The notes: a model not told the origin generated them from the letters alone. Positions 44,463-53,735 are shown, numbered from the stretch's first letter. The stretch is DNA of 64,000 nt from an uncultured Clostridia bacterium (GCA_963558405.1 CAUWGC010000002.1:1-64000), one strand, 5' to 3'. Translations and numbers: made by a program.

Positions 44463-44543
44463 CCCTTTATTCTCATAGGTTTGGAGATTTATTTTTTGTT
44501 TATACCCTTTATTTACCCTTTATCTTGTTTTATATACCTCTAT
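44463..44543. repeat. Probable integrase arm-type direct repeats
   Basis: CCCTTTAT 44463, TACCCTTTAT 44503 and 44514, TACCTCTAT 44535, all between att and int. Confidence 0.55.
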
Positions 44544-44550
44544 ATGCTTT

Positions 44551-45744
44551 TTAATCCATTTGTAAATCATCTAAATAAGCTTCTAATCTGTTCATTTGGG
44601 ATAACTTAACTTGTCCTAATATATGGACATATATGTCTGCTGTTGTACTATAACTAGCATGACCTAAAATTTCTTGCAAAACTCTTAAATCTATTCCTGC
44701 CTCAATAGATCTTGTTGCAAAAGTATGTCTTAATTCGTGAATTCCTACTTTTCTAAAATTATGGCTTTCACAAATTTGCTGACAATGTTTTCTTAAATAT
44801 TCTGAATTTATTGGATTATTACACTTTGTTTTAAATATAAAATCATTTTCGTTAAATCCATCTCCTAATTCAGCAAGTGTTTCACTTTCATTTATTTTTT
44901 CTTCTTTATATTCTTTTAAAATTCTTATTACTTTATCTAGCATAGGAACAACTCTATAACTGTTTTCTGTTTTTACATCTGTTACTTTTCGTTCTCTTTT
45001 TATCTTATTTAAATCATCATCATAAGTTGTAACTTTTTGAACTCCCCTTCTTACATAAAGAGCTTTATTTTCAAAATCAATATCTTTCCAAGTAAGTCCA
45101 CTTAGTTCTCCTGCTCTTAATCCTGTATTTACTAAAACAATATATGCTGTTCCCATTGTGTGTTCTTTCATAAATCCTTCAAATATCTTTTGTTCCTCTT
45201 TAGTCATTATTTTTAGTTCTTTTCTTCTCATAGAAGGTAACTTTAATTTCTTTGTAGGATTCATTGTCATTAATCTACACATCATTGCATCATCAAAGCA
45301 CATTTTTAATATGCTATTATAATGTCTTAATGATTTAGGCGATTTTCCTTCTTTTTGTAATTGACTAATAAATTTTTGTAAATGATATAACTCTATTTTT
45401 TGCAACTGCATATTACCTAAATACTCAATTATTTTCTTAGTTTTTTCAACATACCCTTGATATGTTCTAGGCGAAATATAAGGCTTTTTATAAATTTTCA
45501 TCCACTCTTTAATCCATTCTTCGAGTGTAACATTATTATTTTCTATAAAATAATTATCATCCTTTTGCCTTCTCATTTCTTGCATTTTTTCTACTACAAC
45601 TCTTTGAGTTTTCCCATATACAGAAACTTGTTTATTTTTACCATTTACACAAACTGTTACCCTCCCTTCATAACTATTTCCTCTTTTTCTTATTGTGCCT
45701 TCGCCTTTAATTCTTCTTGAAACTTTATCTTTACTCTTACTCAT
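44551..45744 (-). CDS. int: Tyrosine recombinase/integrase
   Basis: GEGTIRKR arm-binding N-terminus; TGLRAGE, KTENS, HELRHTFATR, LGH, TADIYVH catalytic residues. Confidence 0.95.
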   Translation of the reverse strand: MSKSKDKVSRRIKGEGTIRKRGNSYEGRVTVCVNGKNKQVSVYGKTQRVVVEKMQEMRRQKDDNYFIENNNVTLEEWIKEWMKIYKKPYISPRTYQGYVEKTKKIIEYLGNMQLQKIELYHLQKFISQLQKEGKSPKSLRHYNSILKMCFDDAMMCRLMTMNPTKKLKLPSMRRKELKIMTKEEQKIFEGFMKEHTMGTAYIVLVNTGLRAGELSGLTWKDIDFENKALYVRRGVQKVTTYDDDLNKIKRERKVTDVKTENSYRVVPMLDKVIRILKEYKEEKINESETLAELGDGFNENDFIFKTKCNNPINSEYLRKHCQQICESHNFRKVGIHELRHTFATRSIEAGIDLRVLQEILGHASYSTTADIYVHILGQVKLSQMNRLEAYLDDLQMD

Positions 45745-45837
45745 TATCTCCCTCCCATAAAAAAGGGACTTATAATAATGGTAATTTAATATTGCTCATC
45801 CACTATTATAAATCCTATATCGTTTCAACTCCAAACC

Positions 45838-46023
45838 CTAAACAATAATTCTTCCTGAATTTTTATCAAACCATTCAATCATCTTAGGCTTGTTTATTAC
45901 GATTCTTCTTTCAAATTTTATGCAAGGAAAATCTTTTAATTTAGTCAGTTCTGCCATAAGCTGTTTACTTATTCCTAATATTTCAGAAGCCTCTTGTATA
46001 TTTATTCCTATTTTTTCATCCAT
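45838..46023 (-). CDS. Excisionase-like HTH protein
   Basis: INIQEASEILGIS..FPCIKFERRIVI; directly upstream of int. Confidence 0.8.
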   Translation of the reverse strand: MDEKIGINIQEASEILGISKQLMAELTKLKDFPCIKFERRIVINKPKMIEWFDKNSGRIIV

Positions 46024-46226
46024 ATAGCAGATCCTCCTTCTTTTAATATTTCTTCAGCTTTTTTAACTGCCTCTCTTGGAGAATATAATTTCATCACACA
46101 TTCAATTTCATCATTTAATAATTTTACACTTAAATCATTTGGTGCTACTCCTAAAGTATTTAAAGCAATAACTGCATAAGCTCTAGCTTGTTTTACAGTA
46201 ACAGTTTTTACATTATTTAATTTCAT
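46008..46226 (-). CDS. Small hypothetical protein overlapping xis
   Basis: AAAGGA RBS before ATG 46226; 72 aa; 3' end overlaps the xis start. Confidence 0.65.
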   Translation of the reverse strand: MKLNNVKTVTVKQARAYAVIALNTLGVAPNDLSVKLLNDEIECVMKLYSPREAVKKAEEILKEGGSAIWMKK

Positions 46227-46259
46227 TTTTATCAATTCCTTTCACTTATAAATTTTTTA

Positions 46260-46494
46260 ATTAGTTACAAGCGAATTTAGTATCATTCACATAGGAATTG
46301 CACCTCTCCGTTTCCACCGAGCGACTCCTCAACTAAATTAAGCCGAGTCGAAGTATCATTATCACACTAATATAGATCTTCGCCTACATAAACTTACCAT
46401 CGTTTACTTTTTCCCTCGTTATAGTCGCTATTTACTTTAAATTAACCTTCGCCTTCTTGGAGCTACCTACATTAGTTAAAGTCTTGTAACTAAT
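46260..46494 (-). ncRNA. Candidate structured non-coding RNA
   Basis: ORF-free and GC-richer than flanks; closed by a 12-bp inverted repeat ATTAGTTACAAG / CTTGTAACTAAT; internal stems and duplicated AGGCGAAG and AATGATACT motifs. Confidence 0.55.
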
Positions 46495-46569
46495 ATATTC
46501 ACTTGTCAATGTTCATAGCAAATCTCACTTGCTACTCACATTGGCGAAAAAAATTTTAAAATGTCCCGA

Positions 46570-46800
46570 TTATTTTAAAAATTTTTTAATTTCTTTTATT
46601 GCTTTAAATTTTTCAATATTGTCAAAGACTCTATCTTCAATATATTCCTTACATTCTTGATTAAATTTACCTTTTATATATGATTCTTTATTTATCAAAG
46701 GCTCAAATAAAATAAGAATCTCAAATTTTGATTTTGTATCTCCATTTACAGCTTTTTCAATAACATTAAATAATTCTTTATTACTCATCTCAATTTTCAT
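46570..46800 (-). CDS. Helix-turn-helix protein, Tn916 Orf8/YvrHa-like
   Basis: LFNVIEKAVNGD..ILILFEPLI..IEKFK pattern; coupled to the sigma-like gene. Confidence 0.7.
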   Translation of the reverse strand: MKIEMSNKELFNVIEKAVNGDTKSKFEILILFEPLINKESYIKGKFNQECKEYIEDRVFDNIEKFKAIKEIKKFLK

Positions 46801-46802
46801 TT

Positions 46803-47234
46803 CTATTCTCCTAACATTTTCTTTATTTTAGATTTAATAATACTTTTTTTATTTCTAATTGTCTTTTCCGTTAAATTCATTTTATTAGCAATTTCTTTAC
46901 TGCTATATTCATCAATACTTAATGCTAATATTTTCTTTTCATCTTGTGTTAAATTATGAATTGCTAATTTTAATTTCTTATTTGTAGTAATATCTTCTAA
47001 TTCTCTTATTTCTGATATTTTTAAATCTTCAAAAGCAAAAAAAGAGTCGCTATCATACAATGACAACGACACATTTCTGTCCACAAAATCAGTAAAAGTA
47101 ATTTCTTTTACTGCTCCACTATCAACCTTTCTTGCAAAATCAATCGCAGAATGTTTTACTACTTTTTTTACATATACTTTAAATGCCCTTACAACATACT
47201 CAACTTCACTTTCTGAATATTCTCTAGCACTCAT
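46803..47234 (-). CDS. Sigma-70 region 4-type regulator (Tn916 Orf7-like)
   Basis: AIHNLTQDEKKIL..YSSKEIANKMNLTEKTIRNKK; GGAGG RBS before ATG 47234. Confidence 0.78.
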   Translation of the reverse strand: MSAREYSESEVEYVVRAFKVYVKKVVKHSAIDFARKVDSGAVKEITFTDFVDRNVSLSLYDSDSFFAFEDLKISEIRELEDITTNKKLKLAIHNLTQDEKKILALSIDEYSSKEIANKMNLTEKTIRNKKSIIKSKIKKMLGE

Positions 47235-47239
47235 AAAGA

Positions 47240-47284
47240 TTACCTCCGTTCTAGGACACACTAAAGCCCATACAACGGAGGCAA
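47240..47284 (-). promoter_or_regulatory. RBS-sequestering hairpin in the sigma-like gene leader
   Basis: mRNA UUGCCUCCGUU can pair with AACGGAGGUAA, which contains the SD. Confidence 0.65.
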
Positions 47285-47524
47285 TATAAAAACATTACCT
47301 GAAAATATTTATTTTATATTATAAGAATTTTCAAAATCCTGTATCTATTCATAATAAAAATCTCCTTTTAAACAAATAATCCATAATTGCCAAAGCATAT
47401 AAAAATTCCATCCTTAGTCTTTTCTTAACACATCAACCTTAGTGTAAAATTACATTACCTCGTATTTATGGACTATTTGTCCTGCTTAATATAATAGAAC
47501 TTTTTAGCAAAATTTCATCAAAAT

Positions 47525-47604
47525 TGCTGAAAGGAACTGAAAAAGTGCTGAAAAATGCTGAAAAATGCTGAAATCCTTGTCGAATTATAGGAAGTTGTGT
47601 CGAT
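47525..47604 (+). promoter_or_regulatory. Array of TGCTGAA repeats followed by Spo0A-type boxes
   Basis: TGCTGAA at 47525, 47546, 47556, 47566 (AACTGAA at 47535); TGTCGAA at 47578; TGTCGAT at 47598. Confidence 0.65.
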
Positions 47605-47705
47605 TAGATTGAAACTTAACATAAAAAATGATATAATAAAACCCAGTTAGATAAGCTAATTGAGAGCTTTTATACACTAATTGTAATTTTAATGGAGGGA
47701 ATTAA

Positions 47706-48413
47706 ATGATTGAAGTTATGATTGCAGATGATAATACAGCACTTTGTGAAAGCTGTTTCAAATTTCTAACAAAAGATAAAGAAATAAAAATTGTTTCGTA
47801 TGCCTTAAATGGCGAAGAAACACTAGAAAAATACTTTGAATTTAAACCTGATGTATTATTATTAGACTTAGATATGCCTATAATAAGTGGCATTGATGTT
47901 ATTAACACATTACATAGGTTTTCTGAAGAAAGATCAAAATGTAATATAATTGTTGTTTCAGGAAGTTATGAAAAATTAAATCAATTATATAATACAGCAC
48001 AAGTTTTTAGAGTAATACCTAAACCTGCTAATTTTGATTACATATTAGAAACAATAAAAGAAGTACCTTTAAAAAGCCAAGAAATAAACCAAAAAGAATT
48101 AAAAGAAATTCTAATAGAATTAAGATTAAATGTTTTCTCTACTAGAGTAAAACACCTAATATCAGCAATAAATGTAGCATATAAACACCCTTATTTATTG
48201 AACAATATAAAAGACTTATATTCAGAAGTTGCAAAAGAATATAATATAAGTCCGAAAACAGTTAAATGGAGTATTAGAACTTCAATAGACACTTTAAATC
48301 GTTCTCTGTCTATTGATAATCTTTGCTCCGTTTTTTCTTTAAAATTTAGACCTGATACAGTAACACCAAAATATTTTATAACTTTACTTGTAGAATATTT
48401 TGAGCAAGAATAA
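47706..48413 (+). CDS. Spo0A-like response regulator (receiver plus Spo0A C-terminal DNA-binding domain)
   Basis: IADDN, LLLDLDMP, VSG, PKP receiver residues; C-terminal KDLYSEVAKEYNISPKTVKWSIRTSI and TPKYFI, matching Spo0A_C. Confidence 0.8.
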   Translation: MIEVMIADDNTALCESCFKFLTKDKEIKIVSYALNGEETLEKYFEFKPDVLLLDLDMPIISGIDVINTLHRFSEERSKCNIIVVSGSYEKLNQLYNTAQVFRVIPKPANFDYILETIKEVPLKSQEINQKELKEILIELRLNVFSTRVKHLISAINVAYKHPYLLNNIKDLYSEVAKEYNISPKTVKWSIRTSIDTLNRSLSIDNLCSVFSLKFRPDTVTPKYFITLLVEYFEQE

Positions 48414-48448
48414 AGAGCAGAAGTTAATTTTTCTGCTCTACCTTTTTT
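48414..48448. terminator. Terminator after the Spo0A-like gene
   Basis: AGAGCAGAA / TTCTGCTCT followed by a T tract. Confidence 0.7.
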
Positions 48449-48568
48449 TAATACGGATTTTCTAATCAAATAAACTTTTTCAGCATTCTCAATTATTTAC
48501 AAGTTTTATAGCTACTTTATGAATTTAAAATCAAATAAAGTTTAACATCATTACAGTATATAATATTT

Positions 48569-49069
48569 TTAATTACAAAAATCTTCTTTACAATACTCTG
48601 TTCCAAATTTACTTGGAGTAAAATACTTAACTTCCCCATTATCATTAACAGAAAAAATATGCAAGCATAGAACTTCTGCTATTTCTTTAGGTATTCTTCT
48701 TAGAGCTACTTGAGCAGATTCCCAATATAATCCAAGTCCATATTTATAAGCATGATTGATTCCTGAGATTTTTCCATCATCTTTTGAAACCGAATATCTT
48801 TTTACATCCATTCTTGTTATTATTTGTCCTAAGGCATTAAGCCATCCTTCTTTATTAACCGATTTAGCCGATTTTGAATATGATTTACCTTTACATTCAA
48901 TAAAAAAATATTCACTATTTCTTTTACCACCAACTAATTTAATATCAACTCCGTGTTTATGCAAATCGCTTTTTTCTACTTTTTCTTCGTGCCAATTACC
49001 ATTTGGTTTATTTATCATAAATTTAATAATTTGCTCTACAACAAATTCTTCGGTAATTTTCTCATTCAT
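48569..49069 (-). CDS. PD-(D/E)XK restriction-endonuclease-like protein
   Basis: E..HGVDIKL..FFIECKG..ALGQI pattern. Confidence 0.65.
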   Translation of the reverse strand: MNEKITEEFVVEQIIKFMINKPNGNWHEEKVEKSDLHKHGVDIKLVGGKRNSEYFFIECKGKSYSKSAKSVNKEGWLNALGQIITRMDVKRYSVSKDDGKISGINHAYKYGLGLYWESAQVALRRIPKEIAEVLCLHIFSVNDNGEVKYFTPSKFGTEYCKEDFCN

Positions 49070-49097
49070 ATTTTATCTCCTCAACAAATTTTAAATC

Positions 49098-50474
49098 TTA
49101 TGAATTTTTGTAATCATCCATATATTTTATATCATTTTCTTTGCAAAATTGAATTGCATCCTTATAAATCTCATCCTCATTATCCTTATTATCGTATAAT
49201 TTTCTCGGAACAACTATAGACTTTTCAATTATTGCTTTATATTCTTTTTTATTAAATAAATTTGCATCATATTCAGGTAACATATAAAAATCTGTTGCTA
49301 CTTTATTTATAAACATACTCATCTTCTTAGAATAGTACATTGTAATATATAATTCTTGTGTATTTTTCATAGGTAAAAGTTTCATAAGTCTTTTAATTGA
49401 AAGTACATCAATATTCATATCCAAAATTATTTTATGAAGTTTGTTTATTTCTTTTTCTTTTTTTACAAGTTCTTCAGCAGAAACATAATCATCCTCATCG
49501 TATTCATCAATATCATCATAATATATATCATATTTGCTTAAATCAGTTGTCTCAGTAATTTTTTCAATAACTCTTTTTGTTTTCTCTACTGGATATGGTG
49601 CATTTTCTCTTGTATAATATTGAGCATCTACTACAGTTGCAATTACTATATTATCAGCCATATAAACTACAACTTTATCCCCTATTTTAATGTTTGTATC
49701 TTCTGACATATAGCAATATGTTTTTCCGTTATTATATTCATCATATTCAACAGTTAAGTAATAATATTGTTCCTGTAAAGAATCAGGTATTTCATAATCT
49801 TTTCCTTCAATATCACTTTTAGCATCTTTCTTTTTATTATCTTCTTTTTCAGGGAATATCTGAATTATATAATTATATATCTCTTTTATTTCTTCCTTGT
49901 CAAAACATAAATTATAATAATTGGGAGATAATGCCCCATCCTCAAATAAATTGATTCTCAAATCTACTAAATTATTAGTATATGTATAAAACTCTAAATC
50001 AGGCTCAATAAAACTTATACTTTCATCTTTTTTTAATTTATCATTTATGAATTTTTGTAATAAATTTCTAAGTTCCACTACTTCAAATTCTAATAAAAGT
50101 TCGCCTTTGTTATTATAATTAAAATATTTATTTGAAATAGAGATTATAACATCACACCACCTATCATAAGGATCGTGTTCAAAATCTTTTTTTCTAATAA
50201 TCTTTAAATAAAAATCTGTATAATCATCAATTTTTAATCTTAAAAAATTATTTTGTTCTTTTTTTGCTATTAAAATTTCCAATCGTGGTAAATATTCTTC
50301 TTTATTGTATTTATATATAGTTTCAGGAGAAGGGAGCATATATACATCTCTTTCTTCTAGCTTTCCTTCTTCGTACATTTTAATAGCTTGTATAAGTTCA
50401 TCTCTTTCTTTATATAATTTTTGTAATGACCATTTCTTCTTTTCATCTATATAAACTTCAGGACTTATCATCAT
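49098..50474 (-). CDS. Multidomain hypothetical protein with a WapI-like immunity segment
   Basis: Central WCDV..GELLLEFEV..ISFIEPDLEF resembles WapI; followed by a KTYCY..IGDKVVV..PYPVEKTK beta domain. Confidence 0.5.
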   Translation of the reverse strand: MMISPEVYIDEKKKWSLQKLYKERDELIQAIKMYEEGKLEERDVYMLPSPETIYKYNKEEYLPRLEILIAKKEQNNFLRLKIDDYTDFYLKIIRKKDFEHDPYDRWCDVIISISNKYFNYNNKGELLLEFEVVELRNLLQKFINDKLKKDESISFIEPDLEFYTYTNNLVDLRINLFEDGALSPNYYNLCFDKEEIKEIYNYIIQIFPEKEDNKKKDAKSDIEGKDYEIPDSLQEQYYYLTVEYDEYNNGKTYCYMSEDTNIKIGDKVVVYMADNIVIATVVDAQYYTRENAPYPVEKTKRVIEKITETTDLSKYDIYYDDIDEYDEDDYVSAEELVKKEKEINKLHKIILDMNIDVLSIKRLMKLLPMKNTQELYITMYYSKKMSMFINKVATDFYMLPEYDANLFNKKEYKAIIEKSIVVPRKLYDNKDNEDEIYKDAIQFCKENDIKYMDDYKNS

Positions 50475-50495
50475 AATAACACCTTCTTTATTATC

Positions 50496-51488
50496 TTATA
50501 CTCCACCTAATAAATTTAATGCAGTTTGTCCTAGAAGGTTTACCACTTCTGCATAAAACCATCCGTGTTTATCAAAATGATCTGTTAATTTTTGAAAGAA
50601 ACCTTTTCTTTTATCAATATGTTTAGAATCCTTCATATTTTCTATTATTTCTTTAGTTTCCTCTAATAATTCCTGTAATACTTTTTTATCATCTTCATTA
50701 TCGCATTTTTCTTCAATCTCTTGTTCTATTCTTGAAACTGAATTATCTATATTTAAATTAGAATTAACAACATCTCCCATAACGAAATTACTATTAGTAG
50801 CAGTTAGATTGTTAATATTATATGTATTTGAACTTAATTTACTTAGTCTTTCGTTATGTTTTTTTTCTCTTTCAAAATATGTTCTTCCTGCTTGTGTTAA
50901 TATTGCATTATAAACAGTATCACTTGCCCAACTTACTCTTATTAAACCATTTGAATCTAAAGTTCCTATTATCCCTCTAATAATATCTTTTTCATCATCA
51001 TTAACTTTTTTCTCTAGGAACTCCGTTATATTACCATTTGAATTTTCTACTTTTATTATCTCATTTAATAGATTTTTTTCACTATCTGTTAATTCATCAA
51101 ACAATTCTTCTCTACACCCTTTCTTTTCAAAATATTGCAAAGCTTCAGGAGTTAATGTTACAAACCACCCTCCATCAATAAAATTATTATAATTTGAGAT
51201 ATATCCATATAATTTTAAATCTTCCATTGTTTCTTTAATACAAAATCTCATATAATTTGGAAACTCCGACATATTTCCATTAACAGAATAATCTTTTTCT
51301 TCATTATACTTATTTAAAAAAACATTTAACATTATTTCTGCATTTTTACTTAAAATATTCATAGATAATCTCTCCTTATTTTGTTGTATCAATATCTCTT
51401 TTTGTTTTTTTCTGACAATTTCATCAACTTTTTTATTTAATTCTTTTTCTATTTTTTTAGTATCAATTTTTATTTGAAATTTTGCCAT
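50496..51488 (-). CDS. Hypothetical protein with tandem winged-helix-like domains and an Asn-rich linker
   Basis: Two L..xG(Y/L)I..LT..(A/G)..YFE repeats, then NTYNINNLTATNSNFVMGDVVNSNLNI. Confidence 0.55.
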   Translation of the reverse strand: MAKFQIKIDTKKIEKELNKKVDEIVRKKQKEILIQQNKERLSMNILSKNAEIMLNVFLNKYNEEKDYSVNGNMSEFPNYMRFCIKETMEDLKLYGYISNYNNFIDGGWFVTLTPEALQYFEKKGCREELFDELTDSEKNLLNEIIKVENSNGNITEFLEKKVNDDEKDIIRGIIGTLDSNGLIRVSWASDTVYNAILTQAGRTYFEREKKHNERLSKLSSNTYNINNLTATNSNFVMGDVVNSNLNIDNSVSRIEQEIEEKCDNEDDKKVLQELLEETKEIIENMKDSKHIDKRKGFFQKLTDHFDKHGWFYAEVVNLLGQTALNLLGGV

Positions 51489-51503
51489 TTATTCATCATC
51501 CTT

Positions 51504-53735
51504 TTATAGAACATTATTCAAATTAACCCAGTTTTCATCATTCATATCTTCAATATATTTTTCTGAAAATAGTATTTTAAGTAGTGGCTTTTCTCCCATA
51601 ATATGTTCTTCTCTAACAAATCCATATTTCAGGTTATTTTTATTACAGTATCTTTTTAAAGCCTCATATTTTAAAGGTGTTGGCAACTCATCAACATTTC
51701 TACTACTACCATCTTCATTTTCTCCACCTTTAGTTTCAATTATCCAAATATCTTCGTTTTTATCTTGTAATATAAAGTCAGGATAAAAAGTATTATATCT
51801 ATTGGCATCAGTATATATTATAGAAAAAAATTCTTCAGAACTTTCTCCGTTTTTATATATCCATTTAATATTATTACTTTCTTCAGCATAATCAATCAAT
51901 AACTTTTCTGGTAATGATAGTTTTTCATTTGATGGATATAGTTCATATACATTTTTCTCTAATATTTTTATATCCTTCTTATATTTTTTTACATATTCTT
52001 TTTCCGGCAATATTTTAATAATCTTTTGAACAGGAAATTTAAAATCTGTCTTTTTTATGTTTTTTTCATTTAATTCAAGTTGTCTTGCCTCGCTTTTTAT
52101 AGCCTCATATATATCATATTTTAATAATTGTTTGTTATTTATGATAAAAGAAACAAATTCTAATCTATTCAATTTTAACAAACTAAATTTATTAAACATT
52201 TTTTTAGAAAATATCTTTTTTAATACTGCTTTTAATCTCGTTTTATCTATTATTCCTGATTTTGCACCAATTTCATATATTGCTAAATTTAATTCTTTTT
52301 CCATTGACTTTTCTTTAACATTTATTTTTAAAGTAATATCATCTAGTTTTGAAATATTATCAGCTGAAACAGTTTGTCCTCTTTTTGTTTTAAAAAGAAC
52401 ATCAGTAGATAAATTATATTCATTGGCTTGTAAATTTATTTTATTTTTATCAATATTATCAGAAAGATTATATTTTTCTTTTAAATAATAATAAATAACT
52501 TCGATATCTTCCTTATTTATTCTAGTTCCCACAAGCTCTTTTTTGCATTCCTTTGTTAGCTTGAAATCATAGTATTTATCCTTTAAATATATTATTTTTT
52601 TTCTAACTGTGCTATCTTCAAAAATACTATTTACTCCATTTACAAAATCGCTATCATAAGTATATAAATATGAAGTGTTTAGAATATCATTTTTATAATG
52701 AATACCATTTATTGATCTTCGTATTCTACCAATAGTCTGAATAGTAAAAATATCATTCATATTTTCTCTTAGCTTAACTAATATTTTTGCTCTAGGGCAA
52801 TCCCAACCTGTTGCAATAGCTTGTTTCATAATTAGTACTGAACTTTTGGAATTATACTCAGAAATATCAGATGTATTTTCGTTTTTTTTGCTTAACCAAA
52901 TTGCTAATTCTCCATTTTTTACAGTAATACCAAGAGTTTCTAAATATTTCTGTATATCTACATATAATTCCTCTTGATTATTTGGTATTTGTATTAAAAT
53001 TAAAGGATTTATATTTAGATTTTCATCTAAAAATGCTTTATGTATTTCTGCTTGTTTTTTTAAAGCTAAATCAATTAAATAATTAGTTGGATTTTCCACT
53101 GTATTTTCATCTTTAACATCTTCATTTATTGCAACCATCTTAGTAATTAAACCTTCGGAAATCACATCTTCTTCATTTATTTCAATAAGCAGAGAATCTT
53201 CTTTTTCTTTAACTGTAGCTGAAATTCCTATTAAAAATTCAGGATCAAATTTAGCTTTTAAATCATCTGTTTTAATAGTTTTATTATAATGTTGTTCATC
53301 AACAATTATAATAAATTTTAATCCTTCAAGCTTAGCCTCATCAATTCGTTCAAATAAATTATTTTTTTCAGTTTTTGATATGGCATTATTTCCCTTTTTA
53401 GTTACCACTTCCCAATTTATAAAACAAGTATCTCCTGCATCGAATCCGTTTTGTAATACTTCTTTTATTGTTTTAGTATTTCTATTAGGAATATATTGTT
53501 CCATTTTACTTTTGGATTGCTCTTCTAAATCTCCAATACCTGGTGTAAACCAAATAAATATTGCTTTATCATCAATATTTTCTAAGTATTGATTGATAAA
53601 ATTAACCATAATAATTGTTTTTCCACTTCCTGTTGGAGATTTAATCAATATTTCATTACTTTTATTAGTAGAAGTTGCATCTAATAAATCAAGAATACAC
53701 TTTTTTTGAAATTCTTTTAATATTATTTCTTTCAT
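51504..53735 (-). CDS. Type III restriction subunit Res (SF2 helicase plus PD-(D/E)XK)
   Basis: SPTGSGKT, VDEQH, GWDCPRA, QTIGRIRR, YPDF..IIETKG. Confidence 0.85.
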   Translation of the reverse strand: MKEIILKEFQKKCILDLLDATSTNKSNEILIKSPTGSGKTIIMVNFINQYLENIDDKAIFIWFTPGIGDLEEQSKSKMEQYIPNRNTKTIKEVLQNGFDAGDTCFINWEVVTKKGNNAISKTEKNNLFERIDEAKLEGLKFIIIVDEQHYNKTIKTDDLKAKFDPEFLIGISATVKEKEDSLLIEINEEDVISEGLITKMVAINEDVKDENTVENPTNYLIDLALKKQAEIHKAFLDENLNINPLILIQIPNNQEELYVDIQKYLETLGITVKNGELAIWLSKKNENTSDISEYNSKSSVLIMKQAIATGWDCPRAKILVKLRENMNDIFTIQTIGRIRRSINGIHYKNDILNTSYLYTYDSDFVNGVNSIFEDSTVRKKIIYLKDKYYDFKLTKECKKELVGTRINKEDIEVIYYYLKEKYNLSDNIDKNKINLQANEYNLSTDVLFKTKRGQTVSADNISKLDDITLKINVKEKSMEKELNLAIYEIGAKSGIIDKTRLKAVLKKIFSKKMFNKFSLLKLNRLEFVSFIINNKQLLKYDIYEAIKSEARQLELNEKNIKKTDFKFPVQKIIKILPEKEYVKKYKKDIKILEKNVYELYPSNEKLSLPEKLLIDYAEESNNIKWIYKNGESSEEFFSIIYTDANRYNTFYPDFILQDKNEDIWIIETKGGENEDGSSRNVDELPTPLKYEALKRYCNKNNLKYGFVREEHIMGEKPLLKILFSEKYIEDMNDENWVNLNNVL

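Noticed and set aside
47525-47575. Short tandem repeats as a possible CRISPR array or iterons
   Set aside because: Unit is only about 10 bp with no spacers; no cas or rep gene nearby. Treated as regulator sites.
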